From the IMG/VR virus record IMGVR_UViG_3300037440_000041, positions 1 to 47,263 of that record: 47,263 nt of DNA; one strand, written 5' to 3'. This DNA comes from a virus (lineage: Duplodnaviria; Caudoviricetes). The translations under genes were made by a program, and so were the position numbers. Position 1 is the stretch's first letter. Every line of letters starts with the position of its first letter. The notes beneath the pieces were generated by a model. The model saw only the letters and a program-made list of their open reading frames with translations. It was not told the DNA's origin and made no database searches. Below, piece after piece: positions 9,866 to 19,019 of this stretch.

Positions 9866-10362
9866 TAGTCAGACGAGAACAGATGAGCAACATTGTCTTT
9901 ATCAATGACTATGGGTCCATCATGGAAAACATGGGAACCCTTATCAAACCAATTCAGACTAGCCTTGCCTACGTAACCACGTACATGAGTAAGCTCATTC
10001 GTACGCTCGTTGCGTAGACGCCACTTGTCATTATCGGCACCTGCTAGGTTTGCACACAATCTCCAGTGACTATTAGGAAGTTCCAGACCGTCAACGTCAT
10101 CTATAGTCTCTGCTTTTAACGCAGGGTCTGGGTAGATATACGCGACGGTCTGGCTTCCTTCATTCCTAAGCAGCAGTTGGCCACGTACCGTTACATGGCC
10201 CTTCTGCTTAATGGAGTCTACATCACACATTCCAGCTATACGGTCACACAACCACTCTTCACCGTTGAGCCGCCAACGGAACTTGCTCTGACCTGTCTGA
10301 CGAGCTAGCTTAGCTGCGTAAGAAAAGTCGTAATCTTCAACCCCGCGTGGTGGCTCTCCCAA
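9865..10362 (-). CDS. hypothetical protein with internal tandem duplication
   Basis: Two WRL...G...KG(S)HV...G...VA(Y/H)(I/L) units. Confidence 0.55.
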   Translation of the reverse strand: MGEPPRGVEDYDFSYAAKLARQTGQSKFRWRLNGEEWLCDRIAGMCDVDSIKQKGHVTVRGQLLLRNEGSQTVAYIYPDPALKAETIDDVDGLELPNSHWRLCANLAGADNDKWRLRNERTNELTHVRGYVGKASLNWFDKGSHVFHDGPIVIDKDNVAHLFSSD

Positions 10363-10572
10363 TTACTCATCCTCCGGTGTCGGTAGCTCAGGCATAACCT
10401 GCCAACCGTCGTCAGACATTACAACTCGGGACAACGGAGTCGCCCCCAGCTTAACGCTCTTTAGTAGATTAAGTGTGTTGACGTGAGCATCTCGCTCTGT
10501 CTCCAATAGCCGGACTATTTCTGCAATGTCGTTTGCGAACATGCTAACCAGGTGGTCGGAAACGCTTGCCAA
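10363..10572 (-). CDS. hypothetical protein
   Basis: SD AAAGGAG then TTG. Confidence 0.55.
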   Translation of the reverse strand: MASVSDHLVSMFANDIAEIVRLLETERDAHVNTLNLLKSVKLGATPLSRVVMSDDGWQVMPELPTPEDE

Positions 10573-10611
10573 TGTAAACTCCTTTGACTAATCGCTTAAA
10601 TTACTGTTAGA

Positions 10612-10935
10612 CTACGGAATAATACTCAGTGTACCAACGCAGCAGCAACAACCGCTAAGAGCGACATACACCATTCCTGATGTAAGACACGCTGCAGATG
10701 TCGGTAGCCCGTCCAGCGTCAGACTGGTACAACTTGTATCAATACTCGTGGTACCAACCACGGTGAGCCCTCCGGCACTTGCCGTGAAAGCTCCCGTGGC
10801 ACTAAGCGTACCTGTGACCGCGAGACCACCAGTAGTGAATCTAGCGCGGCTAGTTCCGGCGACATTGATGTCATACTGACTGCCGACGTTAGCCGTCGAG
10901 CTAACATGGCCGCCGGTGTATCGTGGTCCAGGCAT
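10612..10935 (-). CDS. short head-fibre-like protein, Cys-rich tip
   Basis: GGLAVTGTLSATG fibre repeats; LPTS..C..G.VY...GCCCCVG. Confidence 0.55.
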   Translation of the reverse strand: MPGPRYTGGHVSSTANVGSQYDINVAGTSRARFTTGGLAVTGTLSATGAFTASAGGLTVVGTTSIDTSCTSLTLDGLPTSAACLTSGMVYVALSGCCCCVGTLSIIP

Positions 10936-11654
10936 TAGTTGTCTCTACCTGCACGAATGTAGATGTAATCCATATCCACATTCATAGCGCCAGTACCTTC
11001 AGTAATGACCATAACAGGGTAGAGAGCTACGTCTGCAACTACAGCGGTTGTACCGTTGTAGGTATAGACAGCCTTACCGTCTACGCTAAACTCTACGAAC
11101 TTAGCACCATCCGAAATCATCATACCGAGGGTGTGCCACCCGTCAGCAGTAATAGCGGCGTGAGTCCGCTCTACTGCGGTGAGTGCATTGGTAGCGTTAC
11201 CAACTACCACAACATCAGTATTCTGTGACGCTGGCTGCCAGTAATCCCCGGTCATATCACCTTCCCAGAAGAAGCCAATAGCGTCATCAGGGTCAGCAAC
11301 GGCAGTAACTACTGTAGTAGCACCAGTGAATGGCATCTCACTAAGAGTGTCTTCCTGAACATCGGTAAAGCCTACGAACACTCGTTCTGAGGCTGTACCT
11401 AGTGCAGAAATCTTGACTCGTGCCTCTAGGTAGAGGTAGTTGTCGTGAGCACTCCAGTGTGTAGCACCAAAACCAATACCACCAACGTTGGCCTGACCTG
11501 CATCGCCCGTGATACGCATAACGCCACCAATACCAGCGGCTACAATCTGTACTGCTGGGTCTGTGTCTACTGCGTACTCAGGCTTGTCTGCTGCAGCATC
11601 ATAAAGGAAATCTTCAAAGAACTCGATTTCGCCACGAGGGCTATCTGTTGACAT
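10935..11654 (-). CDS. capsid-associated (cement/decoration) jelly-roll-like protein
   Basis: Directly downstream of the capsid gene; LEARVK...WHTLG...FSVDG...MDYIY ConA-like pattern. Confidence 0.55.
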   Translation of the reverse strand: MSTDSPRGEIEFFEDFLYDAAADKPEYAVDTDPAVQIVAAGIGGVMRITGDAGQANVGGIGFGATHWSAHDNYLYLEARVKISALGTASERVFVGFTDVQEDTLSEMPFTGATTVVTAVADPDDAIGFFWEGDMTGDYWQPASQNTDVVVVGNATNALTAVERTHAAITADGWHTLGMMISDGAKFVEFSVDGKAVYTYNGTTAVVADVALYPVMVITEGTGAMNVDMDYIYIRAGRDN

Positions 11655-11664
11655 TTAACCCTCC

Positions 11665-12540
11665 TTAAGAAGTCGGCGCAGTCGAGTCAGCGGTGATGGC
11701 GTAAAGCCATGCTTGCTGTCGAATGCCCGTTGCGTACTCATCGTACATGTACATGATGTCAGAACCACCACCGTAAGCCTCATCACGTACGGTTACTGCT
11801 CGTGGCGAGTAGCCTTCTACGTGAACGATAGCGTCACGGCCAAACGCAATTGCGATAGCGTCATCGGAACCGTCAACTGTAAGGTTGTCATCGGTGAATA
11901 CTTCCATGTTGAATAGAGTCCCGCTAAAGCCACGTCGGAACGTGTCTTCGGTGAGACCAGCAGGAATTGTGTAAGTACCAATACCCGCAACAATCTCGTC
12001 CTGTAGGTCCTTCACGTGGAAGGAAGTAGCTACGAGATACTTGGGCATATCGGAACCATGCTCAGTAGTGTTACCCGTAATACGAGCACTAGCTGCTGAC
12101 ACAAGTCCTGATGTCATTGGGTTGTTAGCTGTACCAAGGTCAGTAGTAGCTGATGCACCAATGGCTAGAAGGTTCTTGTCCTTCTTTGTGTTCATGGCCT
12201 TCTGCCCAAGGGAGCCCATGAGTGCGGCAACGTTCTTAGAGATACGTCGCTTAGCACGGTCTGTTACTTTAATCGCCAGGCCAACCTGCGCAGGTGTGAT
12301 GCTGAACAGGGTGTCTACCATCTGCTGGTAGTTCTCTAGCTTGGTCGATTCTGTGATGTCCTGGGCCGTAAGCTGGGATAGAGCAATCTCATTCCAGTTA
12401 AGGCCTTCGCCCTCACCTAATCGCTGTCGGTCTACTAGTCTGGGCATAACACCCGCGAATTCGCGGACGATACGAGCAGACTGAATAACTGTTGGCAAAC
12501 TATCGGAGAGGACGCCTACATTAGTTACGCCTGACGGCAT
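11665..12540 (-). CDS. major capsid protein
   Basis: 291 aa after the scaffold gene; HK97-like features (ITPAQVGLAIKVTDRA, GTLFNMEVFTDDN). Confidence 0.8.
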   Translation of the reverse strand: MPSGVTNVGVLSDSLPTVIQSARIVREFAGVMPRLVDRQRLGEGEGLNWNEIALSQLTAQDITESTKLENYQQMVDTLFSITPAQVGLAIKVTDRAKRRISKNVAALMGSLGQKAMNTKKDKNLLAIGASATTDLGTANNPMTSGLVSAASARITGNTTEHGSDMPKYLVATSFHVKDLQDEIVAGIGTYTIPAGLTEDTFRRGFSGTLFNMEVFTDDNLTVDGSDDAIAIAFGRDAIVHVEGYSPRAVTVRDEAYGGGSDIMYMYDEYATGIRQQAWLYAITADSTAPTS

Positions 12541-12564
12541 GTAGTATCCTTCCTACTAATCAAA

Positions 12565-13350
12565 CTAAACGTTTACGCCCATACTGCGGAGAAGTGCTAC
12601 GCCTTCGTCTAGGGTCTTTGCAGAGCCTAGTCTGTCTGCTGCATCTCCCGATGCACTAGCGCCATTTGGGCTACCTGCGCCAGCACTTTTCTTAGCCGCC
12701 TGCCTGCGGGTTGTAGCCTGTGCTGTCTCTACTGCTTTGTCGGCAATGTCTAGAAGTTCATCTAGAGTACCGCCACGCACTAGGACTGCACTAGCTTGTT
12801 TCCAGTCATAGTCAGTATCGGGGTTAAGTCCTGCACGTTCTAGCTGACGAACAACCGCTCGTTCGTAGACTTGAACAGTCTCAGGACTAAGCCCGTTTGG
12901 TAGACTGGATTGCGGTTGTGGTACTTCTCGGGGCTTTAGTTCCTCGATAAGCTCACTACGCAAGGAGGCTTTTTCAGCAGCCCTCTGTGAAGTGCTGTAG
13001 GCTTCTCGTACACGCTGCTTAGTAGCAGGGTCTAGAGCGGTGTCGTCGATGTTCTCTACGACACTAGCCAGCAGTTCTGTTACGCTGCCGAATTGCTTAT
13101 TAATCTGGTCCACTACATCGTTCTTGTTAGCGTTCCCCTCAACCTCTGCAAGCTTAGCTTCGAGGGATTGGATACGCCCTACCGAACGACGTAGGTCTGC
13201 GGCTACACTGTCAAGGCTCTTAAGTCTTTCGACTTCTGCCTTGAGTAGTGCCATTTCATCAGGGGGTTCAGGCTCGGGCTCTGGTTCAACTTCCGGAGCT
13301 TCTTCCTCTACGGGTTCTGGCTCTAGTTCTAGGTCAAAATCAGTTGGCAT
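12565..13350 (-). CDS. capsid scaffolding protein
   Basis: Acidic EP-rich N-terminus, coiled coil, G/A/S-rich linker; SD AGGAGG precedes the ATG at 13350. Confidence 0.7.
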   Translation of the reverse strand: MPTDFDLELEPEPVEEEAPEVEPEPEPEPPDEMALLKAEVERLKSLDSVAADLRRSVGRIQSLEAKLAEVEGNANKNDVVDQINKQFGSVTELLASVVENIDDTALDPATKQRVREAYSTSQRAAEKASLRSELIEELKPREVPQPQSSLPNGLSPETVQVYERAVVRQLERAGLNPDTDYDWKQASAVLVRGGTLDELLDIADKAVETAQATTRRQAAKKSAGAGSPNGASASGDAADRLGSAKTLDEGVALLRSMGVNV

Positions 13351-13387
13351 CTTACCTCCTTCAGAGAGCACGTAGCTGTCTTCATTT

Positions 13388-13417
13388 AATATACCACTAT
13401 TTATTCTAGGTTGTCAA
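13388..13417 (-). promoter_or_regulatory. sigma70-type promoter for scaffold/capsid operon
   Basis: TTGACA-18-TATATT with TGn extension. Confidence 0.65.
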
Positions 13418-16412
13418 CACTGTTTACGGGAAATCCATTCTCTTGCAGGGAAACTCTTGCTTGTCTAGTTTGCGGCTTTGTGACTCTACCAGTTAGGATT
13501 AGAGCAATGTCTACTTCTGGGTTACGTCTGCGTATGATTTGCTTCTGTCTATTAGCTACTTTCTGTACCCGACTAATAAACCTGGTTAGGTTAGCCGCTG
13601 TCCTAGTGTCACCATTTACAAGAGCAAAGTTTCTTTCTTGGATAAGGTCCCCAAAAGAATCTATACCTTGGGGCATACGCGCACGCAGCTTGTTGAACGC
13701 TACGTCATTCTGGTCGTAGTAACCAGAACCACTAACAATGTCTCGCTGGTCGTAATACCACTGAACACTGGGGTCGTGGAGTGTACGCTTACGCTGCTCC
13801 ACAAAGTCTTTCTGTTCAGGGGAAAGTGCCTCGTTGTAATCATGCTCTAACTGGTCGTACAGTTCCCAGTCAAGGATACCTGTCTCAACACCCTGTGCGT
13901 AACCCCTGTCTGCCTGACGGTATAGGTCGTAGAATCCCGACAGTGCTTCCTGTAACGGGGAGCCAGCAGGAACATCAGGTATCTCAAAGTTACGGCGAGA
14001 CTCATCTTTACGCTGGGATACATTCTGCTGAACATTACCCAGTGCGTCTGCAAAGTCTTTAGGACCTAGAGACCCGGTAGCTAGCTCCGCTGCTAATATC
14101 TGTTCTGACTGAGTACGCAGAGTTTCTAGTCTGTCGATTTCTGTACCGTAGTCAGACTCTCGGAGGTCAAACTCAGCCTGCTTGTCTACGACACGTGGGT
14201 CCTGATTAATAATCTGCTGCTCTGCACCTGTAGCGTCGCGGTAATCCTTACCAAAGATTTCTTCTGCTACAATATTCTGGCGGTCACGGATGGTAGAGAA
14301 GTTAGCAAAGCCCGCGCCTAAGAAAGCAGGGGCAGCAGCTAACCCACCTACAAGACTGTTTTCTTCTTGAATAGACTCAATCACGTCCTGAATAAACAGT
14401 GGGGTTAGCCTACCCACAACCTGTTCTTCAAACGTATTGGTGTCTGCACGTAGCTGCTCACCAAGGAAGGACTCTCCGGTACTCACGTCTACAGCTAGCC
14501 CGGCTACTGGTGACAGCTTAGAACGAAGGAATCGTAGTACAGTGTCTGACCTGTCTACACCAACAATATTTCCGCTAGAAGTCTTTTGCTGGCCTGTTAG
14601 TGCCTGGGCAAAGTATCTAGCAATAGGCTGGTATCCTGCCCAGAAGTCGTACTGTCTGGTGCCTACTTTTACTTTACCGAAAGCACTACTACGTGGGTCT
14701 AGTTCTACTTCAGCCATACCAGACTTCTGCATCATATAAAGTGCAGCCAAACCTGTACCTACAAAAGCACCTACAGAACGTGCTACAGGAACACGTAACG
14801 CTGGGTCACCTAGCGCCTTAACGAAGTCACCACCTAGGGCTACACGTGACCACACCAGCTGCGGTGCGAAGAACGCTGCGTTAAGTAGTGGCTGTGACTT
14901 ACCCAGTGCACCGGGAAGCTTACCTCTACCAGTAGCGTGGTTAACGAAGTCAGCAGCCTTCCGGTATTCTTTATGGCTTCTAGGCTTAGTGTCCCAGTTT
15001 TTAGTAATACTTTTGTAAACATCTAACCGCAACTTGTTCAGGAATACAACATACGCACGCTCTGAAGCTCTGACTGTACTAGCTAGTGCACTACCACTGG
15101 CCAACTTCTCTAGTGTCATAGCTCCAAGGAAAGCTTCTTCTCTGCCCTCAAAAACCATAGAGTTAATATCCGTAAAGTCCACACCAGCCTTTTTAGCACC
15201 AATAAGTGTGGCTTCATCGTCGATGCTCTTTAGTAGGTCCTTGGCAAAAGCTTCATCACCCCATGCTCTAACCATAGGCTTAATAGCTCCACCAAATTCT
15301 TTAGGGAATCCGGGGGCTAGCGTCGCACCCTGCCGGAGTGGAGCACTCATGTCCGCAGATGCCATAATTGCACGGGGGAGATTGAGCATTTCTGTTAACG
15401 CTTGTTTAATTATCTCAGGCTTAGGACGCTGAGATTGAATAGCACGCACTAACTCGGAACCGTACACCTTCTGAAGAACCCGTATTTCTGCAGGCTGGGG
15501 TACTACACCTTGACCATACACTTTCAGTAGTCCACGTATAGCAGCCAGGTTGTCGGCCCAACCTAAATCAGCTTCCTTAAGCGTCTGCATGAGAGCAGAT
15601 TTGTCTGTGTCAGTAAACGCTACTCCGGGTGTTGTAAATCTCCCTGCGGGCAGTTCCCCCTTTAATGAACGTACAGCTTGTGGCAAGATTTGCTCACCCG
15701 TTTCACCACGTGCAAAGCCTTTAGCCATACGTCGTTCTGATTGGCTAATCCGGATGCCTAATTCTTTAGAACGCTCTTTAGATGTAGTAGCAAGAATCTG
15801 CTTAGCATTACGCGTAAAGTAAGCTAGTTTAGCAACGGGGTCTGCTATATCAGTAGGGTTAATCACAGCGTCGGCAGCCCTCTGCTGCGAGCTAGACAGT
15901 GGTCCCACTGCTCTGGTGCCACGTAGACCCCTAGAAATACCGCCAGCAGTGAGTCCGCCTACTAGCAGCGGAGCTAATGCTTTAACCACACCGGGTGCGT
16001 CTTCAGGTATACGTGCGCTGGTCTCTCTAGCAGCTACACCAGTAAGCCCACCAGCAAGTGCCTCAACACCTAACCGTGTGCCTACACGTGCTCCTGCGCC
16101 CGCTACCCCTGTCAGCCCCAGACTCGCGCCACCCGTAAACGGGACTAACGCAGCAGCAGCAATACCCAACGGTGAGGATAGGCTTTCTAGTCCATACTCC
16201 GCTATCTCACCTACCTTACCTCCTGGTAGTGTGGGTACGTCGATAAGGGGGTCGGTAGCTGCTTGAGCAATGTTTAGTAACCCACCAAGTAGCCTGCCCC
16301 TGCCAGTACCCGTGTCTTCCCTACCAGTTTCTGCTCCCTGTACTCCGCCAAGGCGCGTACCGCCAGCAGCCCTGCTGCGTCTCTGCGCTATGATTTCTTC
16401 AAGAGTTGGCAC
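13401..16412 (-). CDS. large internal virion (ejection) protein
   Basis: 1003 aa, helical, with G/A-rich hydrophobic stretches; DPRSSAFGKVKVG and FLRSKLSPV segments. Confidence 0.6.
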   Translation of the reverse strand: MPTLEEIIAQRRSRAAGGTRLGGVQGAETGREDTGTGRGRLLGGLLNIAQAATDPLIDVPTLPGGKVGEIAEYGLESLSSPLGIAAAALVPFTGGASLGLTGVAGAGARVGTRLGVEALAGGLTGVAARETSARIPEDAPGVVKALAPLLVGGLTAGGISRGLRGTRAVGPLSSSQQRAADAVINPTDIADPVAKLAYFTRNAKQILATTSKERSKELGIRISQSERRMAKGFARGETGEQILPQAVRSLKGELPAGRFTTPGVAFTDTDKSALMQTLKEADLGWADNLAAIRGLLKVYGQGVVPQPAEIRVLQKVYGSELVRAIQSQRPKPEIIKQALTEMLNLPRAIMASADMSAPLRQGATLAPGFPKEFGGAIKPMVRAWGDEAFAKDLLKSIDDEATLIGAKKAGVDFTDINSMVFEGREEAFLGAMTLEKLASGSALASTVRASERAYVVFLNKLRLDVYKSITKNWDTKPRSHKEYRKAADFVNHATGRGKLPGALGKSQPLLNAAFFAPQLVWSRVALGGDFVKALGDPALRVPVARSVGAFVGTGLAALYMMQKSGMAEVELDPRSSAFGKVKVGTRQYDFWAGYQPIARYFAQALTGQQKTSSGNIVGVDRSDTVLRFLRSKLSPVAGLAVDVSTGESFLGEQLRADTNTFEEQVVGRLTPLFIQDVIESIQEENSLVGGLAAAPAFLGAGFANFSTIRDRQNIVAEEIFGKDYRDATGAEQQIINQDPRVVDKQAEFDLRESDYGTEIDRLETLRTQSEQILAAELATGSLGPKDFADALGNVQQNVSQRKDESRRNFEIPDVPAGSPLQEALSGFYDLYRQADRGYAQGVETGILDWELYDQLEHDYNEALSPEQKDFVEQRKRTLHDPSVQWYYDQRDIVSGSGYYDQNDVAFNKLRARMPQGIDSFGDLIQERNFALVNGDTRTAANLTRFISRVQKVANRQKQIIRRRNPEVDIALILTGRVTKPQTRQARVSLQENGFPVNSVDNLE

Positions 16413-18739
16413 TAGAACTTAAACCTCGCTCTTTGTCCACTAGTACCGAGGAATCGTTGACGCTGTGAAGCTACTACATCAGACAGACTGGCGTTGAACT
16501 CAGCAGCTAGACTAGTACCCAGAGCCGTAGTCTCATCAGGAGTTAGTTTCGCTGTACTTTGTGGACTAGGTACGGGGAAGTCAAACTGTAGAGGGGCAAT
16601 AGGCTTATCCTCCAAGATACTCCGTACAGCAGGTGGTGCGAATAGTCTGCTCATGTTAGCAATGTCTGTCTGGTTAATGGTACCAAACTGGAAGCGAGAC
16701 ACACCTGTTTTGTCTGCTCTGTCTACTACATCATCTGCTAACAGGTCGTTAGGGATAACGTCGAAAGACCCGTCCTTGTTATGAATAAGAAGTTCAGGAC
16801 CACGCTCTCCTACTAGTGAGAATCTGTTTTTAATACCAGTACCGCCCTTGGCAGCCTTACGAATAGGCTGGCCCTGGGGGTTAATAGTCCTGCCAGTAGT
16901 CTCGGCTTGTAGTCTCTGTCTGTTAGCAATCTCCTGTAGCTCTGCGAATCCGGCGGTTAGCCCACCCATAGCGGGTGCACCGCTTGCTGCTAAGCTAGCA
17001 GCCAACCGTGACTCTAGGGGGTCATTCTCTCCACGGAATACTTGCGCCATAGGCTGCGCGCTGATACCAGGGCCACCACCAACAGGGGCGGTAGCAGGTG
17101 CGGGAGTGGGGGCAGCCGGCCCCGCCCCGCCACCGCTGAACTGTGTAAAGTCTAGTGGTGATAGCTGTGGTCTAGGGGTACCTTGTTCAAACTGTGGCGC
17201 ACCTACGTCTCTGATTTCAGAACGTAGGGAGTTGAGTAGGTCTGCTTGTGTAATCTGACCACCGGGTGGTTGCTGTCCACGTGATAAGAACGCTCTCGCG
17301 AGAAAGTCGGCAGGGTTACGTAGAACGTCTGTCAACCTGTCGAACCTACCGAAGTCAGCGGCCTGGTTGGTAGTCTGTGCTTCCTGCTCTAGTGACCTGC
17401 GTAGTCTGTCTTCACCAGCAGCACCAAGGTCTAGTTGGCCCTGGGATACATCACGGTCTAGACCTAGACCTGCGCGTAGTCTGTCCTCAGCGGCGGTACC
17501 AAATTTCTCATCCTGAGCTAAACGTCCTCTGCCTAACTCAGTATCCAAACCAAGCCGCTGTCTGCTAACATCTAGGCCACCTAGACCTAACGCGGCGTCT
17601 AACGCAAACCTGCTCTGAGGGTCTACACCCCCGAAGCCAAACTGTCCTACACTAGTACGCTCACCTGTTTGTGTGTCTAGTAGGTACGAGTCACCTGTAC
17701 GGTCATCTGTAACGAACTGAAGGTTGGGGTTCTCAGCTAGGGCTCTACGTAGCTGCTCATTCTGTAGGCTAATCTGTTCCCGTTCTTCTGGAAACAGAGT
17801 GCGTCCACCAGAGTCACTGCCTACTGGATTAGCACCAGGACGGGTGTCAATACGTGCACCACCAATAGGGTCTACAAACAACCCCGGTTCAATCTCGATA
17901 TAACCAGCGTCTAGTAGCTGCTGTCTAGGGTCACCAGCAGTAGCTGGGTCACTACGTTGTAATATGCTACCAAGACTAGGGTCACTAGCGTCCTGTGTTA
18001 ACAGTTCCTGTAGGCTGCCGTATACTTCTTGTGTAGACACCCCACCTTGTGTGAGGGCCTGAGCTACCTGTGGGCGGTAACGTGCAATAGCTTCTGGGGT
18101 AGGTTTAATACCTGCGTCGATAAGGGACTGTGCAATAAGGATATCGGGTCCACCAAAGATACCGGCATCACCTGTACCAATACCACCAGTAGGTGCAGTA
18201 GGTACGGTAGGTGTAGTACCGCCGCCACCAAATAACTGTGCGGCCCCCAGTACTGCTGGAGCCCCGCCTAGTCCTGCTAAGAGTCTAGTAGGATTTGATG
18301 CTACGTCACCTACAGCACCCCCTAATGCAGCACCGAAGCGGCCTAGGAGACCTCCAAAACCCCCGCCGCTTTCTTCCTCTTCAGGCACACCGCCTCCTTC
18401 TCCAAACACTTTGGGAACTACTGTCTTGTGTGTAGCCCATGCTTTGTAACCCTGAGCGTCAAATATCTTTCTAGCAGCCGCCATATTATATTCAGGGTCA
18501 CTAGTAAGTTTCTTGCTGTCGAACCCATGCTGGCTATTAACCTGCATGAGACCGTAATCATATCGTGCAGGAGAGGTAGCACTCTGATGACCACTCTTAA
18601 AGTTGTCACCAATAGCAGAGGCGTCAGCACTACTTTCTGCTTTAGCAGTCTCTACAGCCCACTTAACCCACTCAGGGCCTAGGTCACCAAAGTATTTGGT
18701 GGCTAAAAGATTAAGCTGTAGGTTGCTGAGGGCTGCCAT
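16412..18739 (-). CDS. internal virion protein with N-terminal lytic transglycosylase (SLT-like) domain
   Basis: AESS...DYGLMQVNSQH...YNMAAARKIF..QGYKAW; C-terminal AKGG...VGERGPEL motif. Confidence 0.75.
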   Translation of the reverse strand: MAALSNLQLNLLATKYFGDLGPEWVKWAVETAKAESSADASAIGDNFKSGHQSATSPARYDYGLMQVNSQHGFDSKKLTSDPEYNMAAARKIFDAQGYKAWATHKTVVPKVFGEGGGVPEEEESGGGFGGLLGRFGAALGGAVGDVASNPTRLLAGLGGAPAVLGAAQLFGGGGTTPTVPTAPTGGIGTGDAGIFGGPDILIAQSLIDAGIKPTPEAIARYRPQVAQALTQGGVSTQEVYGSLQELLTQDASDPSLGSILQRSDPATAGDPRQQLLDAGYIEIEPGLFVDPIGGARIDTRPGANPVGSDSGGRTLFPEEREQISLQNEQLRRALAENPNLQFVTDDRTGDSYLLDTQTGERTSVGQFGFGGVDPQSRFALDAALGLGGLDVSRQRLGLDTELGRGRLAQDEKFGTAAEDRLRAGLGLDRDVSQGQLDLGAAGEDRLRRSLEQEAQTTNQAADFGRFDRLTDVLRNPADFLARAFLSRGQQPPGGQITQADLLNSLRSEIRDVGAPQFEQGTPRPQLSPLDFTQFSGGGAGPAAPTPAPATAPVGGGPGISAQPMAQVFRGENDPLESRLAASLAASGAPAMGGLTAGFAELQEIANRQRLQAETTGRTINPQGQPIRKAAKGGTGIKNRFSLVGERGPELLIHNKDGSFDVIPNDLLADDVVDRADKTGVSRFQFGTINQTDIANMSRLFAPPAVRSILEDKPIAPLQFDFPVPSPQSTAKLTPDETTALGTSLAAEFNASLSDVVASQRQRFLGTSGQRARFKF

Positions 18740-19019
18740 TGGTCTCCTGTGGTGGAGCTAGAATCTGCTGAATAACTGGGAGGAGTATCTGACTAGCCTT
18801 CTGATTGAAGTCTTGTATAGTACCATTCTGGTGAGCAGCGGTTAGTTCGCTTACAAATGTTTCCCAATTAAGGATAGACTCTTTAGTACTAGCAGTATTC
18901 TCTGCAGCGAATTCTTCTGATATCATAGCCACACTCAAGCCTTGTAGAGCCTCTGCTAGTTGTATAGACTGCAGAGTAGCATGGGCGAATCTACCATAAG
19001 GCTTTATATTACTAGCCAT
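18711..19019 (-). CDS. hypothetical protein
   Basis: Coupled to the portal gene. Confidence 0.55.
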   Translation of the reverse strand: MASNIKPYGRFAHATLQSIQLAEALQGLSVAMISEEFAAENTASTKESILNWETFVSELTAAHQNGTIQDFNQKASQILLPVIQQILAPPQETNGSPQQPTA

